Origin: Eledone cirrhosa
Lineage: Eukaryota
Direction: 5' to 3'
DNA length: 64,000 nucleotides
Assembly: GCA_964016885.1 (NCBI GenBank)
Contig: OZ024751.1
Location: forward strand, 7,378,001 to 7,442,000
Shown: positions 40,831 through 56,198 of the stretch, piece after piece
Layout of the letters: the number at the start of each line of letters is the position of its first letter
How positions within the stretch are numbered: the first letter of the stretch is position 1
Translations under genes and position numbers: made by a program
The notes under the pieces: model-generated
Database searches by the model: none
What the model was told of the DNA's origin: nothing
Seen by the model: the letters and a program-made list of their open reading frames with translations, nothing else

Positions 40831-41489
40831 AAGATGCAAACTTTTAAGGTACAAATCCATTTTTTGAATAATTATTTTTAAATTCCTCTTCTTGCGAGTT
40901 AAGGGTATGTTCTTTGTAGAATTATTCAGGTGTTGTTTCTTCATGTTGTTTTAAAGACTATAGAGGGTTCAACCGAGAGAGCCAAATAATAATAATAATA
41001 AATGTGAAGACTAAAATCCAAAGAGAGCCCGATAGGGATAATATATATATAAATATATAAAACCATAGAGCAAATATTTGTTAAAATAACAGATTAAAGT
41101 TTAAGTAAAGAATCGTTGCTTTCACCCTTAACGGTATCTTCTGGAACTAAAAAAAAATCAATCTGTGGAAGCAGAAGTAAATATTTCGAAAAACGTTGCA
41201 ACCGAAGGAAAACAGGAAGACGATACTTTAGTTCGTGGAGACGTTCCATGGCAATGAACGGGAAAAAAAGTGAAGATAACAGGTCGTTATGTGGAGCGGT
41301 GAGAACAATTTCACGCAAAGACAACTAAACAAAACCACGTTTATGGTATAAATGGAGTCATTAGACTAATTATCCTATTTAGGAAACTGAATGATTCTCA
41401 ACTCCAGAGTTAAGAATAATGTGAATAAATTTGTTAAACGGAAATTACAGAGGTTATTAAAATCGTAAAAGTAATTATAGTTAAGGTTT

Positions 41490-41542
<53 letters not shown>

Positions 41543-41686
41543 TAGACAGATCTATATACGTACATACACTTCCATACGCAAAACTCACGCCGTACATATA
41601 CATGTACATAAACATAAAAACCCGCATACGTTCGTATACCAGACACGACACATATACCCACGCACATACGAGCGTATACGCCAAAT

Positions 41687-41763
<77 letters not shown>

Positions 41764-42050
41764 TATACATATAATTATATATAGATATATAAATATACAC
41801 ACAAATATACATATAACACACACATACCTACACGTAAATACACATATGTTCAACAAACGTACATATACCAACAAACATATGTACACATATACACAATATA
41901 CATACATGCAAACACACATACACTCATACATACACATACATACACCAACTCATACATATCTACACACATGCCCATACATACACACACACACACTCTCTCT
42001 CTCACAAACATAAATATATATGTATATATATATATATATACATAAATATA

Positions 42051-42134
<84 letters not shown>

Positions 42135-42140
42135 AATATA

Positions 42141-42204
<64 letters not shown>

Positions 42205-42211
42205 TATAATA

Positions 42212-42627
42212 TATAAGATCAAAAGATGGTTAAAGGAGTTCCATGTATTCTATTATGCGCATTTCAAAAACAAACATCATCATGCAATAATATTTGTGTT
42301 TTCATCAGATAAAACAGGAGGACATGATATGAAGGCTAAAAAACACTTGTGGATAGTGCAGTTTTAAATCAACATATGTTGATTTAAAACTGCACTATCC
42401 ACAACTGATTTTTAGCCTTCATATCATGTCCTCCTGTTTTATCTGATGAAAACACAAATATTATTGCATGATGATGTTTGTTTTTGAAATGCGCATAATA
42501 AAATACATGGAACTCCTTTAACCATCTTTTGATCTTATACATTATGTATACTCCAGTCCTACAAACTGTAGAGTGCTTCTTATCCGATATCTGCATTGCT
42601 TTATTGTACTACAATAAAACTCACCTC

Positions 42628-42632
<5 letters not shown>
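42212..42632. repeat. Spacerless palindrome (42212..42539) plus 3' tail; HHRs at 42247..42315 (-) and 42436..42504 (+)
   Basis: Centre catatg at 42373-42378; GUUUUAU-CUGAUGA-AAACACAAAUAUUAU..AUGAUGUUUGUUUUU-GAAA UGCGCA UA-AUAAAAU. Confidence 0.88.
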
Positions 42633-42658
<26 letters not shown>

Positions 42659-42947
42659 GCTCTGATTATTTAATTTATTAATTCTTCATAGAGCCACAAA
42701 GTGACCGGTTGCAACATATATATCTATAACTTTATGTATATGTAAACCTTTATATTTAATAATCTCCCCTTAGGTTGAGATACAATTTGGCGATATTTGG
42801 CTACGCTTTCTAGCAACAAGCCTACCCGCCGTAAGCAACCAATCACATTCTTTCTAACTTGACCACTGCCACATTGCGATTCTTAGCCATTTTTTAATCT
42901 AATTTTGGCGCGATCACTTTGGAAAACTAAATGTCTAATTTTGAGTT

Positions 42948-43027
42948 TGTCTCCTGATGAATCCTAACTCTGGACATTTCCTATTAATTGGACGTCTAAA
43001 AATACGGATGAAACCATTTTAGAGATA
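42948..43027 (+). ncRNA. Hammerhead ribozyme
   Basis: UGUCUC-CUGAUGA-AUCC...GGAU-GAAACCAUUUUA-GAGAUA; stem III poor. Confidence 0.7.
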
Positions 43028-43309
43028 TAATTACGGTATGTACACATTACTTCTAAGTTTGAATTTACACCTAATGGTTGATGGTATATTTAGTCAGTTT
43101 CTACATGCTGTCGACATGTTGGATAAATACTCTATTGGGCCCACCGCGAAGAGGCCACTTTCGGTTATTTGTCGGAGATTTCTTCATAAGAGCCTTTATT
43201 CTTATAGCTTGGTCTAATTGATTTTTTATGTGGTTAATTATGCTGATTGGGAGAGGAAATGGTATATATTTTATCTAATAATTCTAAAGACATGATTTAT
43301 GATATATAT

Positions 43310-44780
43310 ATCCCCCACTAACACCACTAACACACCCCTCCTTTTCACCGCCCACCCAACACTAACAATACTAACACCTCCACTCCACCCCTCATCTGAC
43401 CACCCTTCCCCAACTAACATACTAACATCCCTTCCCTCCCCTCTTCGCCTCCTCCCCCCTCCTTATCACACGCACACACGCACCCACTTACACCACCCAC
43501 CCCACACGCAACTAACATCACTAACACCCCACAACCCCACGCACACGTACCCACACACCCTCGTACACCACCAACTCTACACACCCTACCACCACTAACC
43601 CCCACTCACACCTGCATTCCACCCCTCCCCACCTCCCGTATACTAACACCCACTAACACCTCTTCACCAAACTACACACACACCAGTCCACCACACTCCC
43701 TCCATAGAACCACACACACCCTTCTCTCCCCGCTCCACCCACACCCCCGCTCCACACTCACTCATCCCACTAACACCCCTACTAATACACACACACACAC
43801 ACACTCTCCTCACTCCAACTCTCACACCTACCCATCCTCGCCTCCCTACCATTCCACCGAATGCTGCTATGCCCTTCCGACCACCTCTCAGCACCAACTG
43901 ACCACAGCACTCCCACTGCTGACCACTTCCTGTTGCGCGCGCACCCAACATCTCTCCTCTTCCGACCACCGCTTCTTGGATTACCCACACGCGAAATTGA
44001 CTTCTAACCAAATCTCCAAACATCCGTGGAACTTACCAACTTTTCAACCATCCTCTTACGCCATCACCTATATAACTCACCCACACATACACCCCCAAAC
44101 ATTTTTTTTTCTTCACACGCCACCCACATCCACAACACGCTTAAACCACACACCACGTGCTTCCCACCACATATTTACACCCTCAGCCTCCTGATTCCTC
44201 TCCCCCTACCCCCCTATCCACACACGCACAGACACTCCGACCCACAAAAACACCCCCCACACACACCTCTTCCAGAACATGCAACCCCGTTCTTCCCCCA
44301 ACCCTCACTTTCACATACACACACACACACACACACACGCACACCTAACCACACACACCACCTTCAGCCCCCCCGCTCGGACACCCCGTCTCCCTCTCCC
44401 CACTCCACCCGCCACCACCCCTACTCACCCCACACCCTTCCACCACCTGTTTACCCCCCTTTTAATTTCAGTTTACTTTGATCATGCCTTTATTTTTAAA
44501 TTTTCTCATTCCTTGTATTTTGATCATGCTTTATTTTTATTTATTATATTTTTTTACTTTATTTGTTAATTTTTCATTCGCACCGTTTCCTTTCGCTATA
44601 TGTCTCTCCACCACTCCCCTAAACACCTTTTGAACTCTCTTCCCACACACTTCTCACCTGAAGAAGGGCTTATGCACGAAACGTCGTCCCCCACCTACCC
44701 CCCACTTTCCTGAGCGTGAATTTAATAAACATTTATTGTACTGCCTCTCTGTTCTGTCCCTGTTCAAATTTTTTTATTAT
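43310..44780 (+). mobile_element. C/A-rich degenerate element, probably a PLE 3' region with a decayed HHR
   Basis: TPTADHFLLRAH near 43910 resembles a GIY-YIG C-terminus; ctgaagaagggcttatgcacgaaacgtcgtc at 44658-44688; aataaa downstream. Confidence 0.45.
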
Positions 44781-44932
44781 ATATATATATAAGGAAGGAA
44801 CCAGATGAACCACAACGCACCAGGGTACTCAATACTTAGGGTAGTATAGTGTGTAATAGAAAAATGTTTGACCCCGAGGGCAGAGTTCAAGCCATTTCGA
44901 CAGCTATTTCTGGACTAGTCCAGAAAAAGCCG

Positions 44933-44984
<52 letters not shown>

Positions 44985-44986
<2 letters not shown>

Positions 44987-45850
44987 ACAGAAACCAAAGA
45001 ACGCTTACATACTCAAATAGTATTTATTTACTTATATTGTTTCATCCTCACCTTTTGACAGGAATCCTCAGAGCCTAATAAATAGTGTTCAGTATAAGCT
45101 CCACGAACAATCAGAATAAAAAAACAAAATTATTTACTCTTTTAATTTCCTAATTTTTTAATTTTTAAATTTTTGAAATCTTTTGAATTCTTTTTAACTT
45201 TTAATTTTATTATATTATTATATCATTTTAATATCTTATTATTTTTTATTATTTTATTATTTTAATTTTATTATTTTTCATTATATTTTATTAATGTTTT
45301 TAATTATTTTATTTTATTTTATTATTTTTATTATTTTTATATTTTTTATTAATTTATTATAATTTATATTGTTTAACCTTTGTCTGTAGTTTTTATGTAT
45401 TTTTTTATGCTTTTGCATTTTTTGCTTTTGCATTCCTTGTTTTTGTGTGCCATCTATTATATCTCCATGTTGTTGAATCCGCTTATGCCCTTGCATTTAG
45501 CAGCGAAGCTTAACAACACCAGCATGCACCTCTTTGTTCGCCATCTCCAATCTCCCTATCTTTATTCTGATTGTTCGTGTGACTAGGTGTATTTATTAGG
45601 CTATGAGGATTCCTGCCAAAAGGTGAGGATGAAACGTTGTAAGTAAATAAAGACTGATGAGTATGTAAGCGTTATTTGGTTCCTTTTGAATATAACGGCT
45701 CTGTTCTTGTACATTGAGCTAACATAATACTGCCATAATACAGTACGGTGCGTGCGTATTTATGCACAAACGTTCCGTGCTTTACGTAAATAAATAAATA
45801 AATCAATCTCTCTCTATATATATATATACATATATATATATATAAATATA

Positions 45851-45885
<35 letters not shown>

Positions 45886-45887
45886 GT

Positions 45888-45945
<58 letters not shown>

Positions 45946-45947
45946 AC

Positions 45948-46000
<53 letters not shown>

Positions 46001-46037
46001 TATATTTATATATATATATATGTATATATATATATAG

Positions 46038-46068
<31 letters not shown>

Positions 46069-46490
46069 GAGAGATTTATTTATTTATTTATTTACGAAAG
46101 CACGGAACGTTTGTGCATAAATACGCACGCACCGTACTGTATTATGGCAGTATTATGTTAGCTCAATGTACAAGAACAGAGCCGTTATATTCAAAAGGAA
46201 CCAAATAACGCTTACATACTCATCAGTCTCTATTTACTTACAACGTTTCATCCTCACCTTTTGGCAGGAATCCTCATAGCCTAATAAATACACCTAGTCA
46301 CACGAACAATCAGAATAAAGATAGGGAGATTGGAGATGGCGAACAAAGAGGTGCATGCTGGTGTTGTTAAGCTTCGCTGCTAAATGCACGGGCATAAGCG
46401 GATTCAACAACATGGAGATATAATAGATGGCACACAAAAACAAGGAATGCAAAAGCAAAAAATGCAAAAGCATAAAAAAATACATAAATA
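44985..46490. mobile_element. Three alternating-orientation copies of an HHR-bearing repeat; 45395..45810 and 46075..46487 are inverted around a (TA)n tract
   Basis: HHR 45021..45083 (-) has CUGAGGA; copies near 45590-45650 (+) and 46231-46291 (-) share a C3-to-A change. Confidence 0.8.
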
Positions 46491-46499
46491 TATATATAT

Positions 46500-47423
46500 A
46501 TATATATATAAAACTGAGGATGTCTGTGTGTGTGTGTCAGTTTGAATCCCTAAAACTCGAGAACCACCCAACTGACTGTTTTCAAACTTTACACATGTAA
46601 TACTTATGTTTCAGGGAGTGTTCTGAGCAAAAAGAAATTCAAATGTTCAATGCCCTGGGGACGACATTAGGCGAATTACCGATCCCTCTCTATAATTCTT
46701 AGTCTTCCTCTTTTAGATAGATACATACATATAACGTTGCGCTCATATAATATCTGTATGTATGTCTGTTTGTCTGCATTACGTCACTTCCCCGAGGATG
46801 TCTATCTGTGTGTGTGTGTGTCTGTGAGTTTGAATACCTAAAACTCGAGAAGTACCCAAACGACAATTTTCAAACTTTAGATGTGTATTACTTATGTTTG
46901 ATAGAGTGTTAGGCACATAGAAAATTCAACTTTTTGATCACTTAGGGCCCGCACTAGGTGAAAAACTGCGTTTTTTCAGATTTTTATGGGCTTTTTGAGG
47001 CGTTACATCAGTCCGATTTCCTTGAAATTGTAACTATGTATTAGTCAGTCTCTTCTTCATGCCGTGAGCAAAGAAAATACAACTTTATTTTGGCCTAGGG
47101 CCCGCATTAGGATAACAACTACATTTTTTCAGGCTTTTGGGGCTTTTTTGAGGCGTTACATCTGGCCGATTTTCCTGAAATTTCAAGGCATATTATGCTC
47201 ATAAAAAAAATTCCTTTTCTTGATCCACTAGGGCCCGCATTATGTGAAAACCTGCATTTTTCCTCCTTCATCGAGGAAAATGTTAAATATTATCCAGCCA
47301 TAAGATTATACGCTTTATTTTCTTTAAATATTCTCCAGACATTCAGTTTTTCCACAATTAGGTCTACTGGCGGCTCGCGTTCCAAAATATCTAATCCGTG
47401 CAACGCAGGGTAACACTGCGAGT
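46500..47423 (+). mobile_element. Non-autonomous Helitron with internal duplications
   Basis: 5' tatataaaactgaggatgtctgt; 3' ccgtgcaacgcagggtaacactgcgagt (hairpin plus decayed CTAG); repeats at 46515/46793 and tagggcccgca three times. Confidence 0.7.
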
Positions 47424-47508
47424 ATATATATATATATATACATATATATAAATTTATATATGTATATATATAGGTATATAAATAGGTCTATAAATAGGTA
47501 TATAAATA

Positions 47509-48293
47509 GGGCGAAAAAGGTATCGGATGCTGAATTTGCTGACGACATACTTTTGGTGACAAATACAGTGAAGGAGGCAAAGGATTTGATGCGAGAGGTT
47601 GAGACTGTGTCGATGAGTGTGGGGCTGAGAATGAATGAGACTAAAACAAAATATCTGGTAGAGAATGTTGAGAAGCCAGAGGGGATCACTAATGTAGGCG
47701 GGAAGCCGCTAGAATTGGTTGAGGGCTTCCTGTATTTGGGAGCAAAGATTGGGAATACGGAAGATGATGTGGTTGAGAGGAAGAGCAAGGCCTGGGCGGC
47801 GTACCACAGCTTGAGATCGGTGTGGAAGTCGGACCTTCGTAGCGACCTGAAAATCCGCCTCTTCATTGCTGTAGTGGAGTCTGTGCTGCTGTATGGGTCT
47901 GAGACTTGGACACTGACGAAGAAACTCACTCAGATGGTGGATGGGTGCTACACGAGAATGCCGAGGATGGCTCTGAACATTAATCAGTATACACTGAGGA
48001 TGAAAATCTTAGAGCTGTATGGGAGCATCCCAAAAGTGAGCTCAAAAGTGACACAGAGGAGACTGAGGGTAGCTGGACATGCTGACCGACATCCAGAGTT
48101 GACATTGTACTCAGTGCTCCTTTGGGAACCCCTACATGGACACACTAGAAGTGGAAGACCAAGGTTAACGTATGTTGATGCCCGAAGGACAGTCACTGGT
48201 CTGTTGCAGGCGCAGGACATGGTAGCGATAATGAGGGACAGAGACCGCTGGAGAGAACTCGTCCATGGATTTCAGGGATTTTACCCGCCCTAG
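47509..48293 (+). mobile_element. 3' fragment of an RTE-group LINE; RT C-terminal frame still open
   Basis: DAEFADDILL...LLYGSETWTLT...[19 protein letters not shown]...[10 protein letters not shown]; stop codon directly followed by (AT)n. Confidence 0.93.
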
Positions 48294-48307
48294 ATATATA
48301 TATACAC

Positions 48308-49350
<1,043 letters not shown>

Positions 49351-49659
49351 ATATGTATATATATGTATATATATATACATACATATATATATATGTAAAT
49401 ATACATATATAAATATATGTATATATAAATCCATATATATACGTATATATATATACATACATACATATATATATATATGTATATACATATATATACATAT
49501 ATATATATTTGTATATATGTATATATATATATATATATACGTATATATATATATATATATATATATATACGTATATATATATGTGTATATTTATATATTT
49601 AAATGTATATACACACACACAAATATATATATATATATATATATATATGAGTTTTATAT

Positions 49660-49950
49660 TTCTATATATATATATTATGTTCTATAGGTCAATGATTTAC
49701 AACAGTACAATGATACCGCAAATGATTCTATTTTCCTTCTGTTCCATATACATTTTGTTCTAAATATTAAGCAATTTCATTACTTTTTCTTTCAGTAATC
49801 TGTTACTCATTTGTCAACTGAAAGAAAAAGTAATGAAATTGCTTAAAATTTAGAACAAAATGTATATGGAACAGAAGGAAAATAGAATCATTTGCGGTAT
49901 CATTGTACTGTTGTAAATCATTGACCTATAGAACATAATATATATATAGA
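49660..49950. repeat. Fold-back of a repeat that also occurs at 51420..51570
   Basis: 49660-49796 is inverted at 49817-49950 with a 20-bp spacer; no HHR seen. Confidence 0.85.
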
Positions 49951-49959
49951 AATACACAC

Positions 49960-50059
<100 letters not shown>

Positions 50060-50183
50060 TTATATATATATGAGGTATATTTATATATATGTGTGTATAC
50101 ATATATGTATATATATATATATGTGTATATTTATATATATATGTATATATATATATAAATATGCAAACATCTATATATCTCTC

Positions 50184-50386
<203 letters not shown>

Positions 50387-50404
50387 GTATACATGACTTC
50401 CTTC

Positions 50405-50600
50405 GATACTTGGTGGATTGGCCGTATCGATAGAGAGTCAGACAGAATGCTTTGAAGCATAGTGTTATTCCCTTTATGATCTGAGTTCAAATGCCGCCGG
50501 GGTTAACTTTGCCATTCATCCTTATGGAGTCGATAAAATAAGGTACCAGTAATGTACTGGTTAATTGCTGGCCTTTTGCCAAACGTAGGAACAATTATAA
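50405..50600 (+). mobile_element. tRNA-derived SINE (octopus-type)
   Basis: gagttcaaatgccgccggggttaactttgccattcatcc..gtcgataaaataaggtaccag. Confidence 0.8.
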
Positions 50601-50876
50601 CTCTTTCCTCATACATGCCTTATTGACTGTATTGACTCCTGCATTGTACATCAAATTTCCTTGCTTGTAACTTTTCTTTTTTGTCTGTATTTTTTTGCTT
50701 GTGCTTTTCGCTTATACGTCTTACACTTTCACCCAGTGATGCATGTAATTGTGTTCCTTCAAGCAGAACATCTTTTTAACTCCTGACTCTCCACACGTTA
50801 CCTATGACACTAACAACAATTATGTACCCTAAATGTTCTAAGTGACTAGGATTTTAGTAACATGTTTTGACATACC

Positions 50877-50931
50877 TTATGCTCTGATGAAGCCAGACTT
50901 CCCTCTGGAAGAAACAATTGTCAGCAAATAA
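50877..50931 (+). ncRNA. Hammerhead ribozyme
   Basis: UGCU-CUGAUGA-AGCCAGA cuuccc UCUGGAA-GAAAC AAUU GUC-AGCA. Confidence 0.82.
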
Positions 50932-51724
50932 ATGTTCTAATCTAAAATCTGATCGTTTTAACACCTTATATATATATCTAAGTATATCTATATTCTAAAT
51001 GAGGGTGCATGTCTGTATATATGTATGTCTCCCAAACGATTTTCATTTTCTAAATCTGCGTCCCAATGAGAATGCTTCGGGCTCGTTAGTTACGAAACAA
51101 TTGTTGCAATATAACCCCCCCCCCCCGAAAACTCACCATTTGAAAGATGAGAATCCGAAATATAGAGACACTTAAATTTCTCCCAAATAACTCTATCTCG
51201 TGTTATTATTTTTATTGTTTACGCTCTTGCCTAAGTTCTTCTACACACTATACATCTCATTCTACATTCACTTACATCTCTCTCCCAACTTCCGGATCTT
51301 GTTACCCGGAGAATTAACACTCTGCACTGTTCATGCTTCCAAATACGACTTAAAGAAAATATATCTTATTATTCCAGAATGCTTCAAGCAGACTCCAATA
51401 CTCTCATATGTGTATATATTTCTATTTATATATTATGTTCTATAGGTCAATGATTTACAACAGTACAATAATACCTCAAATGATTCTATTTTCCTTCCGT
51501 TTCATATATATTTTGTTCTAAAATTTAAGCAATTTCATTACTTTTTATTTCAGTAATCTGTTACTCATATTTTGAATCTAACATGACTTCCTTCGTTACT
51601 TACATTTTTGCATGTTATTGTTTTGATTTTAAAGTAAAAACGATATAGAAAAATATTATTTCGTACAAGGAATTCTAATGCGCAAAATTAGTGTCTATTT
51701 ATGTATACATACATACATACATAA

Positions 51725-51812
<88 letters not shown>

Positions 51813-51897
51813 ATTCTACGTGTGTATATGTATATATACATACATATATATATAATTATAAATATATATAGATACAGTATATATATATATATATATA

Positions 51898-52720
51898 TAA
51901 TAACTAAACATTGATTAACATATATATAACATGAATAATCACAGGAGATAATTTTTACAAGCGTGTAACCACGCATTGCTAGCAATGCGTGGTTACACGC
52001 TTGTAAAAAAATATATATACGTTAATCACTTTCTAGTTATTATAAAATGCTCGGACCTATCTTTGAGCTTATTTTCCGGGCGATATGGCGCACGCCGTTA
52101 TGGCATGACACCCACAATTTCGATTTAGATTAAATTCATTTAATTTATCTTAATTTTGGATATAGATATATAAATACGGCTCCTTAATTGTAGAGCTATT
52201 TCTGTTGAAGGGAATCGACTGCTGTTTCTAGTTGTCGAATACCTATTCACGCCACTGATATGAGGCTGCAGTGATGTGTAGACACAAAACGTGGTAGCGG
52301 CCAGTTGAGGATTTGAACTCGCTGTGTAAGCATGGATTGCTAGAAAAAGTTCTTCCTTGTTGATAATCCAATAATATCCACTTTCCGTGACTTACCATCT
52401 GATTAATTGGTGAAATATATTTCTTTACTGGAATATATACAGGGAAGATTAATCATATAAAAGGTATCTATCTTTGAAGTTCTAGTCAACTTTATTTATT
52501 TGTTACCCAACTAGAAATGCGTGGTTACACGCTTGTAAAAATTATCTCCTGTGATTATTCATGTTTATATATATGTTAATCAATTTCTAGTTATTATAAA
52601 ATGCTCGGACCTATCTTTGAGCTTATTTTACGGGAGATATGGCGCACGGCGCTATGGCATGACACCCACAATTTCGATTTAGATTAAATTCATTTAATTT
52701 ATCTTAATTTATCTTAATTT
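51898..52720. repeat. About 530-bp tandem unit preceded by a spacerless fold-back
   Basis: aatgcgtggttacacgcttgtaaaaa at 51984 and 52516; palindrome centre ttgctagcaa at about 51980. Confidence 0.8.
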
Positions 52721-53193
52721 TGTATATATATATATATATATATATATATAACGGAGGAAATGTGGTAAGGAACCAGGTGGACCATAACGCACCAAAGTAC
52801 TCAATACTTAGGGTAGTAGAGTGGGTAATAGGAACGAGTAGGTCCCCGACAGCTGAGCTCGAGCCGTTTCGACGGCTAATTCTGAACTAAATTTTTTTAC
52901 ATTTAATTGCTTTTTAACACTCTCGGTATTTTTCTATATATTTACCCCATATTGTTCTACCTATTGTTTCGACTTCCCCACTCCCCTCCCTAGTATCTTC
53001 TTTGACCTCATGCCCAGCTGTAGTCGGCACTATCAACGCATGAATGGGTCTCCTCCAACCCCTCTCGCTCTTTCTCCTACTGGCAGGTTCAGCTACCCCT
53101 TCCCTCCACAAATTGCCATCATATAATTATTATGTCTCAACAACAAACTTTTGACCAATCCTCGTGACAATCACTTTTACCATATATGGAATT

Positions 53194-53289
53194 ACCCTTT
53201 GAGAAGCTCGGCTATTCAAATACCAGGATAAAAATGTTCATTTAGTCCAGAATTAGCCGTCGAAACGGCTTGAGCTCTGCCGTCGGGGT
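53194..53289 (+). ncRNA. Complete family C hammerhead with U3-A8 core
   Basis: ACCCU-UUGAGAA-GCUCGGCUAUUC...GAAUUAGCCGUC-GAAACGGC uugagcucu GCCGUC-GGGGU. Confidence 0.82.
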
Positions 53290-53301
53290 CCTACTCGTTC
53301 C

Positions 53302-53336
<35 letters not shown>

Positions 53337-53444
53337 ATATACATATATATCATTATTTTTTGAAGCCATCCGGATGGCTTCCAAAAATATGGTTGCATTT
53401 TAATAGGGTACATCAAAGCTTAATTGTAAATCTGTTACATATTG

Positions 53445-53509
53445 TATTTTGTCTGATGAAGGCATACCATAATTTAATTTGGTATCCCTGAAATATGTAT
53501 AATGAAATA
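53445..53509 (+). ncRNA. Hammerhead ribozyme (26.6k family)
   Basis: UAUUUUGU-CUGAUGA-AGGCAUACCA...UGGUAUCCCU-GAAAUAUGUAUA-AUGAAAUA; downstream flank matches 26885-26920. Confidence 0.85.
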
Positions 53510-53637
53510 AATATGGTTTTATAAATATAGTTTCCATTTATTAATATCGTATAGCTACTCCAAATAGTTGTCGAGTGCTTTATATCACTTATAAAAATAT
53601 TTACTTGTTGTATCCCAACAATTTTAAATAGAACTTT

Positions 53638-53715
<78 letters not shown>

Positions 53716-53883
53716 TATATATTTATATATACATACATATATATAAATATATATATATATAAATGTGTGTGTCTGATGGTAGCTAAAATGCTTCCATAGG
53801 CGGTATGCCGGTTGAGCACTCTATGCTCTTACTGAGCAGAGTATGATAGAATAGAGTCGATCTATTCTCTCTCTCCTCTCTCT

Positions 53884-54130
<247 letters not shown>

Positions 54131-54382
54131 TGATGATAGCTAAAATGCTTCAATGGCGGTATGCCGGTGGAGTACTCTATGCTCTTACAGAGCACAGTAT
54201 GATAGAATAGAGTAGATATATTCTATATATATATATAACCAAATATTAAACAAGGTTCATTGATTATTCAATGAATATAGTTTTACAATAGATTAAAAGC
54301 ACTCAACTCTGAAGTTTTCTGGAGTTATTAATATTATTCAATATATCAATAAATGGATATATTCACATAATCAAAATATATG

Positions 54383-54443
54383 ATTTATTATATATATTTC
54401 GGAGTTTATGTTTTTTTTTTAGTACGTCCTCATCAGATAAAAT
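54383..54443 (-). ncRNA. Hammerhead ribozyme; related copies at 55813..55883 (-) and 55886..55950 (+, decayed)
   Basis: Reverse complement UUUAU-CUGAUGA-GGA...UCC-GAAAUAUAUAUA-AUAAA. Confidence 0.8.
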
Positions 54444-54614
54444 GCATAAATTGATGTATGAAATACCTCAATTCTGGTGATGGTTCAATTCCAGTCTTGG
54501 CAGTGATTTATTACAACAAAACTCAATATTTATATACCACAAGTAAAAGTGTGACAAACTAAATATGATAGAGAGGGATAATTAGTGAGATATAATACTT
54601 ATAATATTTATATG

Positions 54615-54832
54615 AACGATTTTCATTTTCTAAATCTGCGTCCCAATGAGAATGTTTCGGGCTTGTTAGTTATGAAACAATATAATTGTTACAAGAGAGA
54701 AATCAACTTCAATGTCGCCATTATTGAATATCATTATAATCACAACTGTCAGAAGACCTTACTCTATATATCTGTATTTTTCATTATTTTAGGTTGTTTG
54801 CCTCTGATATATAGTTTACCCCTCTCTCTCTC

Positions 54833-54916
<84 letters not shown>

Positions 54917-55599
54917 TTCTATATCGTCTATGTTGGTGGTGCTATGGAACTGTTCACAATTCTTGAATATCAGTTCGCATTATCAGTGAAACGGTTATAT
55001 TGGCCGCGAAAACGTGCTTGCGAAATTGGTAAATCAAAGCTGTTAAAAATAAATCAAAAGATTTCGAAGATATATCGACATGTCTACGCCGGTGGAACAG
55101 CCGGCATCTGTCCATTACTCGTTAGAGTTCCTCAAATCTTTAGAACCATCATGAAAGCCACTATATGTACTTTACCTTAAAGGATGTGCACCAATTTGAA
55201 TCCACCAAAACTATGCAACGGCACTAGATTTGTTGTGACAAATATGTGTCCAGACGTGATGCAAGCCACCAGTTCATCAAAATGTGCTCGGAGTAAGGAT
55301 CTGTTTGTTCTAAGAATTCTTCTCATACCCACTGATGTTCCATTTCAATTCAAACAACTTCAATTTCCAGTGAGTCTTCTTTTTGTCATGACCGTCAACA
55401 AACCCCAAAGACAACCATTTTTGGTTGCCGGTTTACACTTTGAAGAGCCCTGCTTCACCAATGGTCAGCTTTATGTTGGGTGTTCACATCAGGGGTACTA
55501 TCATTCAGAGAAGAGATGGGCTGACATGGAATAAAGAAAACAAATGAAATAAAGACATACCATTGCGATTATTGCCCGGCAACCACGGCCTACTCAGCT

Positions 55600-55602
<3 letters not shown>
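54615..55602 (+). mobile_element. Helitron relic with Pif1-helicase C-terminal fragment (55184..55490) and 3' hairpin terminus
   Basis: NLNPPKLCNGTR...IPTDVPFQFKQLQFPVSLLFVMTVNKPQ...PCFTNGQLYVGCS; end ttgcccggcaaccacggcctactcagctggt; 54615-54680 matches 51036-51100. Confidence 0.85.
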
Positions 55603-55666
<64 letters not shown>

Positions 55667-55993
55667 CCAAAGATTAATGTGGTTCATTGATTACTCAATG
55701 AATACAGTTTTACAATAGATTAAAAGCACTCAACATCAACAGTGAAATATTCCTGGAGTTTTAATATTATTCAAAATATTAACAAATGAAGATATTCACA
55801 TAATCAAAATATATGATTATGATATATATTTCGAAGGTGCTGTGTTCTTTTTTTTCCAGTACGTACTCGTCAGATAAAATCATATATTTTATCTAACGAG
55901 GACGTACTAGAAAAAAACAACACAGTACCTTCGAAATATATATAATAAGAATATATTTTGATTATGTGAATATCTTCATATGTTAATGTTTTG

Positions 55994-56049
<56 letters not shown>

Positions 56050-56146
56050 AATATTAATAAATGGAAATTATCGTTATAATACCATATTTACGTTTTCCAT
56101 TTATTCATATTGTTAATATTAATAATAAGCAACAAATCATATAACT

Positions 56147-56198
<52 letters not shown>

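Noticed and set aside
41085-41150. HHR-like cagaaga-uacc..gggu-gaaa on the minus strand (also at 19460-19530)
   Set aside because: Core and cleavage triplet are broken in both copies; the repeat is real but the ribozyme is unsupported.
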